Virus record (IMG/VR): IMGVR_UViG_3300049432_000151
Location: 1 to 64,000 of that record
From: a virus
Direction: 5' to 3' (one strand)
DNA: 64,000 bases
Each line of letters opens with the position of its first letter. Positions within the stretch are counted from its first letter, which is position 1. The position numbers and the translations under genes are program-made. Of this stretch, positions 53,191 to 63,568 are shown piece by piece. Below the pieces are notes generated by a model, which saw only the letters and a list, made by a program, of their open reading frames with translations, made no database searches and had not been told where the DNA came from.

Positions 53191-54693
53191 ATGGGTCTAC
53201 TCGGCAAATGGTTTGTCCGCGTCGAAGTCGACAAGGGCAAGGCGACGCGTGACGTCCGCCAATTTGAAGCCGACGTAGATCGTTCAGCAAAGGCGGTTCA
53301 GCGTTCTACCAAGCAGCTGGGTGGCGAATCGTTCAACCAGCTGAAGCGCGCGACGATGGGTTTCGACAACGTCGCGGAATCACTCGGCGACGTTGGCGGG
53401 AAAGCCGGCTCTCTCGTCGGAAAGATCACCCTCGTTACCCTCGCGCTGCAGCAGGGCTGGAGGGTCGGCCGATCGTTCGGGCAGGCGATCGGCGTCAACT
53501 ACGCAGCGTGGGACGGTCTGATTGGCAGCATCAAGACCCACACAAAAAGCGTCGTCGACAACATCGGCGACATCGAGCTCGCGCTGCTGCGAATCGCCAC
53601 ACTGCAGAACGTCGACGTCAACCAGGGCAACCTTCTCGCTCCGATCAAAGCCGGCAGCAGTCTTCGCGGAGCGCGCATGGGAATGTACATGGCGGATCCC
53701 GGTGCCGAGCTGGCGAAGCAGTTCCGGACCGAGCAGGAGAAGCTGGCCGACGTTATGGGCACCCGCCTGCTTCAGATGGACATTGAGGCCGCGCAGGTGA
53801 CGAACAACACGGTCCGTCTTCGCGACCTGACGCTCCAGATGATCGAGCGACAGGCCTACGAACTGAAGCAGCAGGGCTTCGATGAAACCGCGATTAAGTA
53901 CCTCACCGATCGCGCCAAGGCCGTGGAGCGGCTCAGAGCAGCGGAGGAAGACCGGCTCCCCACGTCCGGTGGTCCCGGCTTCTTGTCGGCGAAGCTGATG
54001 ACCCCGCAAACCGACGAAGAGGGACGACTCGCTGCAGCGGCGCAGTCGAACGACTTTGCCGCGGCGGTGGCCTCAGGAGCGCGCTCCTTCGCCGGGGCTA
54101 ACCTGACGGCCGCTCGCACGACACTTGGCAAGCTTTCCGACGAGTACCGTCGCAACGCCGAGACTATGGTGAACGTCTACCGCGATGCGACGATGGCGGT
54201 TGAGGGGCTGTTCACGGACGTTCTGTACGCCGGAATCACCGGCAACCTCGATCAGATCGATGACGCATTCAAAGCGACACTGAAAAGCATCGCGCGCGAG
54301 ATCTCGAGCTTCCTGGCGCAGAAAGCGGTGATGAAGCTCTTCGGTATGGCGCTCGGTGCCGGCGGCGGATTCGTGGCCGCGGCGGACGGCGGCGTGTTCA
54401 AGGGCGGCATCTCAACGCCGATGCGCGCATTCGCGTCAGGCGGCGTCGTGACTCAGCCCACCGTCGGCCTCGTCGGGGAGGGTCGATACAACGAAGCCGT
54501 CGTGCCTCTGCCTGACGGCAACTCGATACCGGTGGTTATGAGCGGCGACCGCGAGGTCGTGGTTCGCATCACGAACATGCTGGTCAATGATCCTGCCGCC
54601 GCTCGCGTGTCATCGGAGGAGATTATCAACACCGTTCAGACAGACATCCTCCGCGGCGGTCCGACCTACCGCGCGATCCGGTCGAGGAAATAG
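53191..54693 (+). CDS. Tape measure protein (short, 500 aa)
   Basis: Ala/Gly-rich helical; C-terminal FASGGVV..PT..LVGEG..EAVVPL. Confidence 0.85.
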   Translation: MGLLGKWFVRVEVDKGKATRDVRQFEADVDRSAKAVQRSTKQLGGESFNQLKRATMGFDNVAESLGDVGGKAGSLVGKITLVTLALQQGWRVGRSFGQAIGVNYAAWDGLIGSIKTHTKSVVDNIGDIELALLRIATLQNVDVNQGNLLAPIKAGSSLRGARMGMYMADPGAELAKQFRTEQEKLADVMGTRLLQMDIEAAQVTNNTVRLRDLTLQMIERQAYELKQQGFDETAIKYLTDRAKAVERLRAAEEDRLPTSGGPGFLSAKLMTPQTDEEGRLAAAAQSNDFAAAVASGARSFAGANLTAARTTLGKLSDEYRRNAETMVNVYRDATMAVEGLFTDVLYAGITGNLDQIDDAFKATLKSIAREISSFLAQKAVMKLFGMALGAGGGFVAAADGGVFKGGISTPMRAFASGGVVTQPTVGLVGEGRYNEAVVPLPDGNSIPVVMSGDREVVVRITNMLVNDPAAARVSSEEIINTVQTDILRGGPTYRAIRSRK

Positions 54694-54696
54694 CCA

Positions 54697-55071
54697 GTGC
54701 CGGCATACGAGGAGTTCCCGGTACTGTCGGACGAAGCGGTCATCCGTCACGGCAGGTTCAAGTACCAGCGGCCGAACGTGAAGACCGACTACGAGGCCGG
54801 GCCCGAAGAGGTTCGGCTCCTGACGAGTCAGGGTCGGTACAGCGAGATACCAGTCACGATGGTGCTCCGCGCTGACACGGACTTTCAAACTGTGATGACG
54901 TTCCTGGAAGCGCGCGGCATGGAAGCGGAGCCGTTCTACTACACGCATCCGTTCCTCGGTCGCGGGCTCGTTCGCTACAACTCCAGCGAGCTGGAAATCG
55001 ATCCGATCATCAACGGCAACCCGGCTTGGTTCCAAATCGAACTGGTCTTCCGAGGTCAGTGGAATGCTTAG
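54697..55071 (+). CDS. Distal tail protein (lambda gpM-like)
   Basis: TFLEARG...PFYYTHP; follows the tape measure gene. Confidence 0.65.
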   Translation: MPAYEEFPVLSDEAVIRHGRFKYQRPNVKTDYEAGPEEVRLLTSQGRYSEIPVTMVLRADTDFQTVMTFLEARGMEAEPFYYTHPFLGRGLVRYNSSELEIDPIINGNPAWFQIELVFRGQWNA

Positions 55072-55624
55072 CATCCCAGCGTTCGTCGCAGAGAAGGAGA
55101 AGCGCTCCGGGAAGGCGTTTCTCCACCTGCTCGAGATCGAATACTCGGACGGACAGTTCGTGAGGTACGTCCGGTACGACAAGCCGAACAGCGGCTGGGA
55201 AACTGAGCCGGGACAATGGCAGTCGTCGATCGCGCCCGACGGCTCACCACTCCTCTTCGAGGGTGTCTTCTGGTCGCCATTCCCGATGTCAAAGCCGACA
55301 CGGTCAGAGTCAGCGAACGGAGAGATTCCGGTACTCGACATCTCAATCTCCGGCGTAGGCCGAGAGATCGCTTCAATACTCGAGTTCTACGATATAGAGC
55401 AGCGGCCCGGGCGCACCGTCCGCGTTCACCCGGATCATCTCGCGGATCCGACAGCGAAGCGGGAATCGAAGTTCATCGTGAAGTCCGCGCGCGTGCTCGC
55501 CAACACCGCGATCATCACGGTGACACCGCTCATCTTCGACCCGCTGGCGACGTACCTCCCGCGGCAACGCGTCAGCTCGGCGAAGTTCCCCGGGATCCTC
55601 GGCGCCGGTCACTCCATTCGATAA
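55064..55624 (+). CDS. Minor tail protein (gpL-like)
   Basis: HLLEI, FWSPFP, NGEIP.LDISISGV, YLPR. Confidence 0.65.
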   Translation: MLSIPAFVAEKEKRSGKAFLHLLEIEYSDGQFVRYVRYDKPNSGWETEPGQWQSSIAPDGSPLLFEGVFWSPFPMSKPTRSESANGEIPVLDISISGVGREIASILEFYDIEQRPGRTVRVHPDHLADPTAKRESKFIVKSARVLANTAIITVTPLIFDPLATYLPRQRVSSAKFPGILGAGHSIR

Positions 55625-55627
55625 CAC

Positions 55628-55969
55628 ATGCGATTCTCACAGCAGGCCGCGCAGGCTCTCACCAGCCTGGTCGGGATGAAGTACGCCCGGATGAATTGCT
55701 GGCGTGTCGTCCAGTTCGCGTACAACGTGCAAGGCGTAAAGCTGCCCGACTACTGGTCAGCGCTTTCGCTGTTCCGAACGCTCGGTCCTACTGAGGAGCG
55801 TCAGCCGTTCGACGTGGCTGTCATTCGGAACCACTCGATCGTCACCAACCACGTCGGCCTCTACCTCGGCGACGGTCAGATCCTGCACTCCATGGAAGAC
55901 ACAGGCGTCGTCTGTCAGCCGCTCTCGCGCATCGAGCGAGTGGTCGGCTTCCTCCGCCTCCACACCTGA
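55628..55969 (+). CDS. NlpC/P60 tail protein (gpK C-terminal-like)
   Basis: NCWRVV..Y, HVGLYLGDGQILH. Confidence 0.88.
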   Translation: MRFSQQAAQALTSLVGMKYARMNCWRVVQFAYNVQGVKLPDYWSALSLFRTLGPTEERQPFDVAVIRNHSIVTNHVGLYLGDGQILHSMEDTGVVCQPLSRIERVVGFLRLHT

Positions 55970-58900
55970 TGATCAAAGTTCACGTACCCACTGGCCTGCC
56001 GACCTCTGGCGGGAAGCTGGAGTTCTGCTCGTACGAGCGCGACTTCCGTCCTGGCGCTTCGGTCGCGGACTACCTGATCGAGCTGGCCATCCTGCCGGAG
56101 CTCGTGTCACACGTCATCTACAACGGCGGATCGCTCTCACCGGAGAAGACTGTCCGGTATCGGACGAAGCCGAAGGGCTTCTGGCGCCGCATGCTCCGGC
56201 TGAGTCCCGCGAAAATCGCCGTCCTTCAGTCCGATCTCGAAGCAGCCACACCTCGCGACGGTGATGAGTTTCATGTCATCCCGAGCGTCGAAGGAAAGAA
56301 CGCCGCTCAGATCCTCGGAGCGGTAAGTGCCGCCGTCGTCATTGCCGCCGGCTTCTACGTTGGCGGTCCATCTGGAGCTCTGTTCGCGGCGAAGGCTTGG
56401 GGTCTCTACGCGTACGCCGCTGGATCGTTCGCCGGCTCGCTGCTCACACCGCGCGCGGACAACATCAAAGCGCCTGGCGACGACGGTCCGACAACTCACA
56501 CGTGGGGCGGTCTGCTGAATGAAGACCGAGAGGGCGTTCCCGTCCCCATTGTGTTCGGTAAGAACCGCACCGGCATCGTGCGTGTGGGCGCTTTCATCCG
56601 ACGCAGCAAAGGCATTCCAGGTTACACGAATGGCGTCGAGACGCTGCACATCCTCGGGCTCGTCTCAGTCGGTCCGGTGCACTCGATCGGCGACATTCGG
56701 GTGAACGACCAGCCGTACACGAACTTCCCCGGCGTGACCGTCGAGACGCGCCTGGGCACAACAGGCCAAGCGCCGCTGAAGGGTTTCAGCGTTGTAGCTA
56801 ACACGTTCCCGCTGAGTGTCGAGCTCACGCCGAGCGGCTACACCTATTCGACTCGCGCGAACTTTCCGGTTGATTCGCTTGAGGTGTTGCTCACGATCCC
56901 CGCTCTGTTCCACGTTGACGAGGATCGCGGCGAGCAGAAGACCAACGCGACGCGTTACCGGTACCGCCATCGCCTGAAGGGTGGAGCCTTCGGAGCGTGG
57001 ACGGATGTCGAGGTGAAACGCTCTTCGCGGAGCGCAGTGCTTGAGACCGTCCGCATCGAGAACCTCACACGCGGCGAGTACGACGTCGAGATCCAGTTTG
57101 TCAGCGCTGACCACGTCAATGACCAGCGTGATGCGTGGAAAATCTTCCTCACCGGTGTCACCGAGGAGCTGGAGGATCTACGCACGTATGACGGCTATGC
57201 AATGGTGGCTGTGCGCGCGATCGCGCGTGAGGACCTGAACGGGCAGATCCCGAACATCTCCGTACTCTGCGAAGGTCTCGAGCTGGAGACGTGGAACGGA
57301 TCCGGGTTCACAGCGCCGGCGTACCTTTCCGGTGCCGAGGAAATCGGCCGTTCCCCGGCGTGGATCATTCTGAAGCTGCTGCGCGACCGATCCGTCAGGG
57401 ATGCGGTAACAGGCGAATACACCTACGAGGCGTTCGGTCTCGGCGACTGGATCACGGACGATCAAATCGACCTCGACTCCTTCCTCACGCTCGCCGACCG
57501 CGCGAATGAGGCGGTAACCGCCAAGCGGATCGTGAAGGATTCGAACGGCGCTGAGAACGCCGAGGAGTTTCAGGAGCCGCGCTTCCTGCTCGACATCGTC
57601 GTCAACCAAGAGCAGCGCGCGCTCGAGCTCATTCGCACATTGTTGGCAACGTGCCGGGCATTCCTTGTCTTCTCTGGCAACCAGTGGCGAGTTGTCTGCG
57701 AGATGCCCAAGACGCCGGTTCAGCTCTTCACGATGGGCAACATCAAGAAGGGTTCCTTCTCGATCGCCTACAACGCAGACCGGACAATCAACGCCCTCGT
57801 CCCGCAGTTCATCGACGCGGATCGCGACTACGAATTCACGACACACGAGCCGATCGACGGCCCGGGTGTGACGCACTACAACCAGCCGCGACGTAGCGAA
57901 AACCAGCAGTTTGTGGGCATCACGCGCCGGACTCAGGTCATCCGCGAAGCGCTCTACAACCTGAACAAGCGGTGGTACATCCGTCGGTTGATCGGGTTCA
58001 CGGCCGGAACCGCCGGAATCCTTGCCGAAGCCGGAGATCTGATTCACGTACAGCACGACATCCCGCAGTGGGGCTTCGGCGGTTGCGCGCTTGCGAGTAC
58101 TCCCAACGGCCTCACCAGCTCGGACACTCTCGTCGTGCTCGGCCGCGAGGTCACCCTCGAGGCGGGTAAGACTTACCAGCTCGTCGTCCGATTCCAAGAT
58201 GGATCCCATGACGAAGGTGAGTCTCGCACCGTAGCGGACGGCCCTGGGACGTACAGTGCGCTCTACGTCACGACGCCGTTCTCACGCCCCGTACAGGAGA
58301 ACGACATCTGGTGGTTCGGCGAGGTCTCGCCGCAGCCGTGCACCGTCGTTGAGATCGCTGAGACGGACGGCGACGAGGATGAGCGGCAGCTTCTCGCCGT
58401 CGAGTACAACGAGTCGATCGAGAACGACGAGACGGTCGTCGTCGTACCGCAGTTGTCGAACCTGCCGAGGTTCCTCGCTCCCCCTCCTCCGATCACATCG
58501 GGCGAAGCGAAAGAGATCATCTCCGCGCGCAACGATGGCCGGTGGTCATCGACGATCGTCGTCCAGTGGACGCCACCGACAGCGCAGAGCGGCTACGGGG
58601 TTTACTCGCACGCCGATGTAGACATTTCGTTCGATGGCGGCACGTCGTGGGTGCCGGCGCCGAACGGCCAAGGGCTGGGCTCCGACTACCGCATCACGGA
58701 CGCAGAGCACGGCACTCCGTACAAGTTCCGCATCACACCTATCTCCACACGTGGTATCGCGAACCGGGCAGGCGCGTTCACGACAGCGTCACTGACGACA
58801 CAGGGCAAAACGACCGCACCGCCGACACCGACCGGTTTCGTTGGTGCGGTGGAGGATGGCGTATTCCTCTTCTCGTGGAACCCGGTTGCAATCGATGACC

Positions 58901-61308
58901 TGCAGCGTGAGGTGGAGTACGAGGTTCGCACTTCGAATCCCGCTAACTGGAAGACCGATCTCACCGGCCTGCTTTGGCGCGGGAAGACGATCCGCTTTCA
59001 GATTGACGACCCGACGCAGCGGTCGTACACGCTGTACCTCCGTGCGGTCGACAAGTTCTCGAACTACTCCGCTGGCGCCGCAACGACCACCCTGACCGAT
59101 ACAGCGCCTGCAGCTCCGTCGATCATCTCGATCACAAGATTCAAGAATCAGCTGAAGGTGAAGGTCGGGGCGGCCGCTGACAGCGACGTGTTCGCGCAAC
59201 GCCTGCATGCCTCGCAGTCAACAGGCTTCACGCCTGATGAGAGCAGCATTGTCAGCGGTATCGTCGGCCCGAACGGCGGCGAGTTCGTCGTCCCGATTAC
59301 CGCATCGGGCAACTGGTATTTCAGGCTCGCGGCTGAGGATTGGCTGTCCGATCGGCTGAACGACTGGATCTACTCGCCGCAGGCCTCGAGCTCAATCATC
59401 GTGGTCTCACCGGTTGATCCCACCGCTGTGACGCTGACGATCCTCGATCGCCCGGACAAGCCGATGGGGTCCGTGAGGAATCCGGACAACACGGTGATGC
59501 CGATCAAGCTGAAGGCAGCGAACGTCGGCTTCACTTTCAGCGACGTCGTCAATCCGGCGAACTCGCTCATTGGGTTTGACGTTCTCATATACGAGAGCGT
59601 CGATGGTCCGTCAACGCCGGCGGCGCAGCACTTCCTCACGAACGTCGCGGACCGCGCGCATTTGTTTCTGAACTTTCAGCCGAAAGGCGCGAGCACCTAC
59701 ATCGCGGCGGTGCGCGCCGTCTACGTCGACGGGCTGACGTCGAATCTTGTCACCCATACGGGAGTCGTGATTCCCCAGGAGACGAATCCGAACTTCCGCG
59801 ACGCTGATGATCGCAACGTCACCGCACTTGCGGAGAGCTTCGAAGGAGCCGGCGTTCCAACAGGCATCACTGTGCCAATTGGGACGATCATCACGGTGGC
59901 CAATGGGCTTCTAATCCTAGCAACGACGGCATCCGGCGCCAAGATCACGTGGAATCTAGCGACGTGGGTGGCGGCGTACCTTGACCGCCACTACGCGCTC
60001 TCCGAAGCGGTTGTTCTGCTGCGCGTCTTGTTCAGTGGCGCGTCGTACAACCAAGCGGCGCGTCCCTACATTGAAAAAGGCGCATCTACTTACAACCTCG
60101 ATCCTGTAGCGGTTGACGGCAACCTGCACACTTATCGTCTAAAAGTCGGCGGTGTAACAACCTCCGCGGAAATCATCTCCCTGGTTGTGCCGGCCGCGTT
60201 CATGCCGAGTGGCTCGGCAGTGGCCTTGTCTGCCATTGCCGTCGCGTACGAGAACTTCGATGAGTCGCTCGACGGCTACATGGACCGCGCGCAACGAGCG
60301 CGCGATCAGTTTGGAAAGGATCCGACAGGAGGAGGCTTCTTCCTCCAGTCGCCATTTCGAAACTCCGACGACAGCGGGCAGATCACTCTCATCGACGGTA
60401 ACGGGATGACGTGGCTGCGCACCGGCGGCGGTGCGGAGTTCGCGCTAAAGTATGCCCACAAGATTGTGCTGTCTGACGTTTACGACGGCCTCGTTCTCAA
60501 CTGGGACACGCTGTACGGCAGCAACCCCTCAGTCGATCCTCCGGTACGAAAACCGTCAGCCAGCAACAAAGCCCGCTTCATCGTGGAAGCGGTTGCGCCC
60601 GTTCAGCCTAACCCCGCCGCGTATCCGGTTCGCCGGTACGCGGAGATCACGATGGTCAACGACTCCAACTTCCAAGTGAACCTGATGGAGTCATACGGCG
60701 GAACAAAGGGTAGCTATCGCGACGTCGCGCCGGCGACTCCCGGGTGGAACGTTGCTGCGAAGAAGAGTCAGATTCTCAAACACGCGACGCATTCGCACAG
60801 CGCGAACGATGGCAGTGACGGATGGTACGACTTCACACCCCTAAGCCCAGCCACATTGCCGAACACCGGCGCCGCGTACTATCGCGTGGTCGCGTGGTTG
60901 AAGACCACGTTTCCAGTTCAGAAGAAAGCGAACGGTTCGTATTACTGGGTGAAGTTGCTGCTCGATGCCTGGGCGTCCGCACCCGTGGCCGCGTCGAACC
61001 CGCTCACTTTATCCAGCGCTGGACTGGCGAATCTGCAGCTCACATTCAAGGGAGTCACTGACGGTACCGAAGCCCGAATGCCGGTTGTGTTTGCCGCGTC
61101 GACGCTCGGGGCGATGCAGTCGTACGCCCACGCGTTGAAGTTCGACTGGTGGTCGACGGTGCTCGAATCCGGAGCGCCCGGCGGAGCTGAGCCGAGCGCC
61201 GTGTACCTTGACGCGGTCGAGGTCTACTGGATGAACAGCGCGGCTTACTCGCCCGTCACTTCGACGCAGGGCTACAACATCAATCTCATCGCCGGGGAGG
61301 CGTTCTAA
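55969..61308 (+). CDS. Tail tip/host specificity protein (gpI-like N-terminus fused to gpJ-like body)
   Basis: PRDGDEFHVIPSVEG, VPVPIVFG, RLGTTGQAPL, SPAWI, IDLDSF, LFTMGNI, FnIII-like segments. Confidence 0.9.
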   Translation: MIKVHVPTGLPTSGGKLEFCSYERDFRPGASVADYLIELAILPELVSHVIYNGGSLSPEKTVRYRTKPKGFWRRMLRLSPAKIAVLQSDLEAATPRDGDEFHVIPSVEGKNAAQILGAVSAAVVIAAGFYVGGPSGALFAAKAWGLYAYAAGSFAGSLLTPRADNIKAPGDDGPTTHTWGGLLNEDREGVPVPIVFGKNRTGIVRVGAFIRRSKGIPGYTNGVETLHILGLVSVGPVHSIGDIRVNDQPYTNFPGVTVETRLGTTGQAPLKGFSVVANTFPLSVELTPSGYTYSTRANFPVDSLEVLLTIPALFHVDEDRGEQKTNATRYRYRHRLKGGAFGAWTDVEVKRSSRSAVLETVRIENLTRGEYDVEIQFVSADHVNDQRDAWKIFLTGVTEELEDLRTYDGYAMVAVRAIAREDLNGQIPNISVLCEGLELETWNGSGFTAPAYLSGAEEIGRSPAWIILKLLRDRSVRDAVTGEYTYEAFGLGDWITDDQIDLDSFLTLADRANEAVTAKRIVKDSNGAENAEEFQEPRFLLDIVVNQEQRALELIRTLLATCRAFLVFSGNQWRVVCEMPKTPVQLFTMGNIKKGSFSIAYNADRTINALVPQFIDADRDYEFTTHEPIDGPGVTHYNQPRRSENQQFVGITRRTQVIREALYNLNKRWYIRRLIGFTAGTAGILAEAGDLIHVQHDIPQWGFGGCALASTPNGLTSSDTLVVLGREVTLEAGKTYQLVVRFQDGSHDEGESRTVADGPGTYSALYVTTPFSRPVQENDIWWFGEVSPQPCTVVEIAETDGDEDERQLLAVEYNESIENDETVVVVPQLSNLPRFLAPPPPITSGEAKEIISARNDGRWSSTIVVQWTPPTAQSGYGVYSHADVDISFDGGTSWVPAPNGQGLGSDYRITDAEHGTPYKFRITPISTRGIANRAGAFTTASLTTQGKTTAPPTPTGFVGAVEDGVFLFSWNPVAIDDLQREVEYEVRTSNPANWKTDLTGLLWRGKTIRFQIDDPTQRSYTLYLRAVDKFSNYSAGAATTTLTDTAPAAPSIISITRFKNQLKVKVGAAADSDVFAQRLHASQSTGFTPDESSIVSGIVGPNGGEFVVPITASGNWYFRLAAEDWLSDRLNDWIYSPQASSSIIVVSPVDPTAVTLTILDRPDKPMGSVRNPDNTVMPIKLKAANVGFTFSDVVNPANSLIGFDVLIYESVDGPSTPAAQHFLTNVADRAHLFLNFQPKGASTYIAAVRAVYVDGLTSNLVTHTGVVIPQETNPNFRDADDRNVTALAESFEGAGVPTGITVPIGTIITVANGLLILATTASGAKITWNLATWVAAYLDRHYALSEAVVLLRVLFSGASYNQAARPYIEKGASTYNLDPVAVDGNLHTYRLKVGGVTTSAEIISLVVPAAFMPSGSAVALSAIAVAYENFDESLDGYMDRAQRARDQFGKDPTGGGFFLQSPFRNSDDSGQITLIDGNGMTWLRTGGGAEFALKYAHKIVLSDVYDGLVLNWDTLYGSNPSVDPPVRKPSASNKARFIVEAVAPVQPNPAAYPVRRYAEITMVNDSNFQVNLMESYGGTKGSYRDVAPATPGWNVAAKKSQILKHATHSHSANDGSDGWYDFTPLSPATLPNTGAAYYRVVAWLKTTFPVQKKANGSYYWVKLLLDAWASAPVAASNPLTLSSAGLANLQLTFKGVTDGTEARMPVVFAASTLGAMQSYAHALKFDWWSTVLESGAPGGAEPSAVYLDAVEVYWMNSAAYSPVTSTQGYNINLIAGEAF

Positions 61309-61769
61309 TGTTCAAGTCGATCACTGCTCTCCGAGCTGCTTCAGAGCAGCTCCTGAGTTCATTCATCAGTTTCCGCGACGGGGGCGAGCTCGACGCTGCG
61401 ACAGACGTCAGCGGCGGCCAGAAGAAAGTTCATGAAGCTCGCGGCGTGGGCAAACGCGCGAAGACCTTCCTCGAGCTTGCCGATCGTTACATCAGCGATC
61501 CCGGGTTCAATGCTCTTCCACCCGATCTCCAGGAGGACATGACAACGCTGAAGACGGAAGCCTCGCTCGTCGCGGCGGAATTGGGTGATGCCGTCGATCC
61601 GGACGCCATCTTCGCGAGACTTTCGCCCGAGCAGAAAGCGGCCATCACGGACGCCCTATTCGTGAATGACAGCGCGGTCCTCGAGCACGCGAAGGCGCGG
61701 CTCAAAGGACAGAAACGCGGGTTACCCGCCGGGGCGGCGCCGGTCGGCGACTCGAAACCCAAGAAGTAA
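61308..61769 (+). CDS. Hypothetical protein
   Basis: Coupled to the tail tip gene. Confidence 0.6.
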   Translation: MFKSITALRAASEQLLSSFISFRDGGELDAATDVSGGQKKVHEARGVGKRAKTFLELADRYISDPGFNALPPDLQEDMTTLKTEASLVAAELGDAVDPDAIFARLSPEQKAAITDALFVNDSAVLEHAKARLKGQKRGLPAGAAPVGDSKPKK

Positions 61770-61830
61770 CCCATCCGACAGAACCCAACGAAATCAGGCG
61801 AGCGATCTCGCCATGCCGGAGGTGTGCGCA

Positions 61831-62202
61831 ATGCCAGATATAGAGGAGGGGAGGTTGTCGATCAGGAAAAGATCAGAACCTCCTTCGCCGGACGACGAGA
61901 TGATCGACCTCTTTCAGTTTCAGGCGCGGACAGAGCAGCGCCTCGACGATCACGATGATGAGATCGAGCGCTCACGCTCGGCTCGCGAGGAGTACATCCC
62001 TCGATTTCAGAACATGGAGAAAGTGGTGCTCGAGTTGACGAACACGGTCGTACCGAAACTAACGAACGCGATTGACGCCATGACCACGGAGCTCGTCGCG
62101 CAACGCACATACCGAGCTGTGATGGTGAAGATCTTCAGCTGGGGCCTAGCCACCGCGACAGCGATCGCGATCGCTGTAATCAGCGCGAAGCTCGGCGCGT
62201 AG
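61831..62202 (+). CDS. Coiled-coil protein with C-terminal TM (holin-like)
   Basis: Single C-terminal TM helix; precedes the endolysin; start uncertain. Confidence 0.5.
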   Translation: MPDIEEGRLSIRKRSEPPSPDDEMIDLFQFQARTEQRLDDHDDEIERSRSAREEYIPRFQNMEKVVLELTNTVVPKLTNAIDAMTTELVAQRTYRAVMVKIFSWGLATATAIAIAVISAKLGA

Positions 62203-62239
62203 TCATCCCTCCTCGTACCCCCCAAAAGGCAGGCGACCC

Positions 62240-62761
62240 TTGTTCAAGATTGTCTTTGACAACGCTGCGCGCGACGCGGCTCGGATCAGCACGCTCGATC
62301 GACAAGTCATCACCGACCTAGCGACAGCTGCGGGTATCCCATTCGTAGTCATTACACGTACGGCCTCCACACCAGAAGAGCAGGCCTTGGCCATGTACCG
62401 CAACTGCGTGGTCGACGGTCCGCAGAACGACCTCGATATGTACAGCAAGTACGGAGATCTCGTCGTTCAGGTCTACATCGATCACGTTGAGAAGGGCGTG
62501 ACGGCGCAGGCCGTGGTCGTGGGGGCAATGACGCGGATGATCAAGCAGATCGGACCCGAGCGAGTCTCGCACCACTGCGTAACCGACTGGAGCAAGCTGC
62601 ACGTCCTCGACATCTCGAGCTCGCGCATCGAAGCAGCGAAGCGGGCCCCGTTCGAGGCTGCGATCGCAGCCGACAAGCGGATCAGCCGGCACTTCTCGCC
62701 GTTCACAAAACCAAAGGATCCAGCGTTCCACCTCGAGATCCTGCAGTCGGCGAACGCATGA
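62240..62761 (+). CDS. Putative endolysin, peptidase M15-like
   Basis: ITRTASTPEEQ, SHH-x-LDI, FHLEI metal-ligand pattern. Confidence 0.65.
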   Translation: MFKIVFDNAARDAARISTLDRQVITDLATAAGIPFVVITRTASTPEEQALAMYRNCVVDGPQNDLDMYSKYGDLVVQVYIDHVEKGVTAQAVVVGAMTRMIKQIGPERVSHHCVTDWSKLHVLDISSSRIEAAKRAPFEAAIAADKRISRHFSPFTKPKDPAFHLEILQSANA

Positions 62762-63036
62762 GCCTGGTCGCGGTTGTGTCGCCGGCCGAGCGGTCGATGC
62801 GTGCTCTCTCTGACTACGCTCGAGCTGTATGTCCAGCCGAAGTGATGACGCTCGACCTCTCGCACCGCGACGTGCTCGAGGCGCTCATCGGAAAGCGGTA
62901 CCTCTGCGGCGACGACGGCACGGTGCTGCCGACGCGTCAAGGTCTCTGCCCGTCATGTGCTGGCCACGTCGAGCCTTTCGACGCGCACAGACGAGATGTC
63001 GTGGGCCGGCTGTGGAGCGAGCTGCAGGCAATGTGA
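62758..63036 (+). CDS. Hypothetical protein with zinc ribbon
   Basis: YLCGDDG...CPSC. Confidence 0.5.
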   Translation: MSLVAVVSPAERSMRALSDYARAVCPAEVMTLDLSHRDVLEALIGKRYLCGDDGTVLPTRQGLCPSCAGHVEPFDAHRRDVVGRLWSELQAM

Positions 63037-63107
63037 GACCGCGTGGCGCGGGTCGCGTCGCGTCCTCGTAGTAGCCGGACAAATCCAACCAAACATCGAG
63101 GTGCGCA

Positions 63108-63536
63108 ATGATGAAGCGTGCCGTGCTCGCCGCCCTTGTGGCGGCGTTTTCATTTCAGTGCGCGTCGCGGCCACGGCCGAGTCCGACGCCAAGGAACCCG
63201 ATCGCCGCTTGCGTCGTGTCCTGTCCGGACGGATTCAGTTTTCGTCGGCAGCATCTCTGCCGCGCTGGCCGTCGGCACTTCGAGGAAGGCCGCGCCATCG
63301 GAGAAAACGTAACTCGCGGCGCCGACGGCGGGATCCTCTCCGCTTTCTGGATTTTCTGCATCGGCCAGTGGAAGCCGGACGGCACCTGCACCGAGACAGC
63401 TGACTACCCGAAAGAAGACGTCGAACTGCAGTCGTGCAGCTCGCTGATCCACTCCATCGACAGCAGCCGCGAGCCGTCTGAGCGCGGGCGCCGTGAAGGC
63501 GAACCGCTGCCGTGGAACCTGCCTGCGAACCCTTAG
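63108..63536 (+). CDS. Cys-rich putative lipoprotein
   Basis: MMKRAVLAALVAAFSFQ-C. Confidence 0.55.
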   Translation: MMKRAVLAALVAAFSFQCASRPRPSPTPRNPIAACVVSCPDGFSFRRQHLCRAGRRHFEEGRAIGENVTRGADGGILSAFWIFCIGQWKPDGTCTETADYPKEDVELQSCSSLIHSIDSSREPSERGRREGEPLPWNLPANP

Positions 63537-63568
63537 CCCTTAACCCACAACCCGAAAGGAATCACCTC

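Noticed and set aside
57178-58209. 343-aa minus-strand ORF
   Set aside because: Antisense shadow of the tail tip gene.
46245-61308. Diversity-generating retroelement acting on fibre or tip genes
   Set aside because: No reverse transcriptase and no adenine-specific TR/VR pair noticed by eye; a self-alignment would be needed to exclude it fully.
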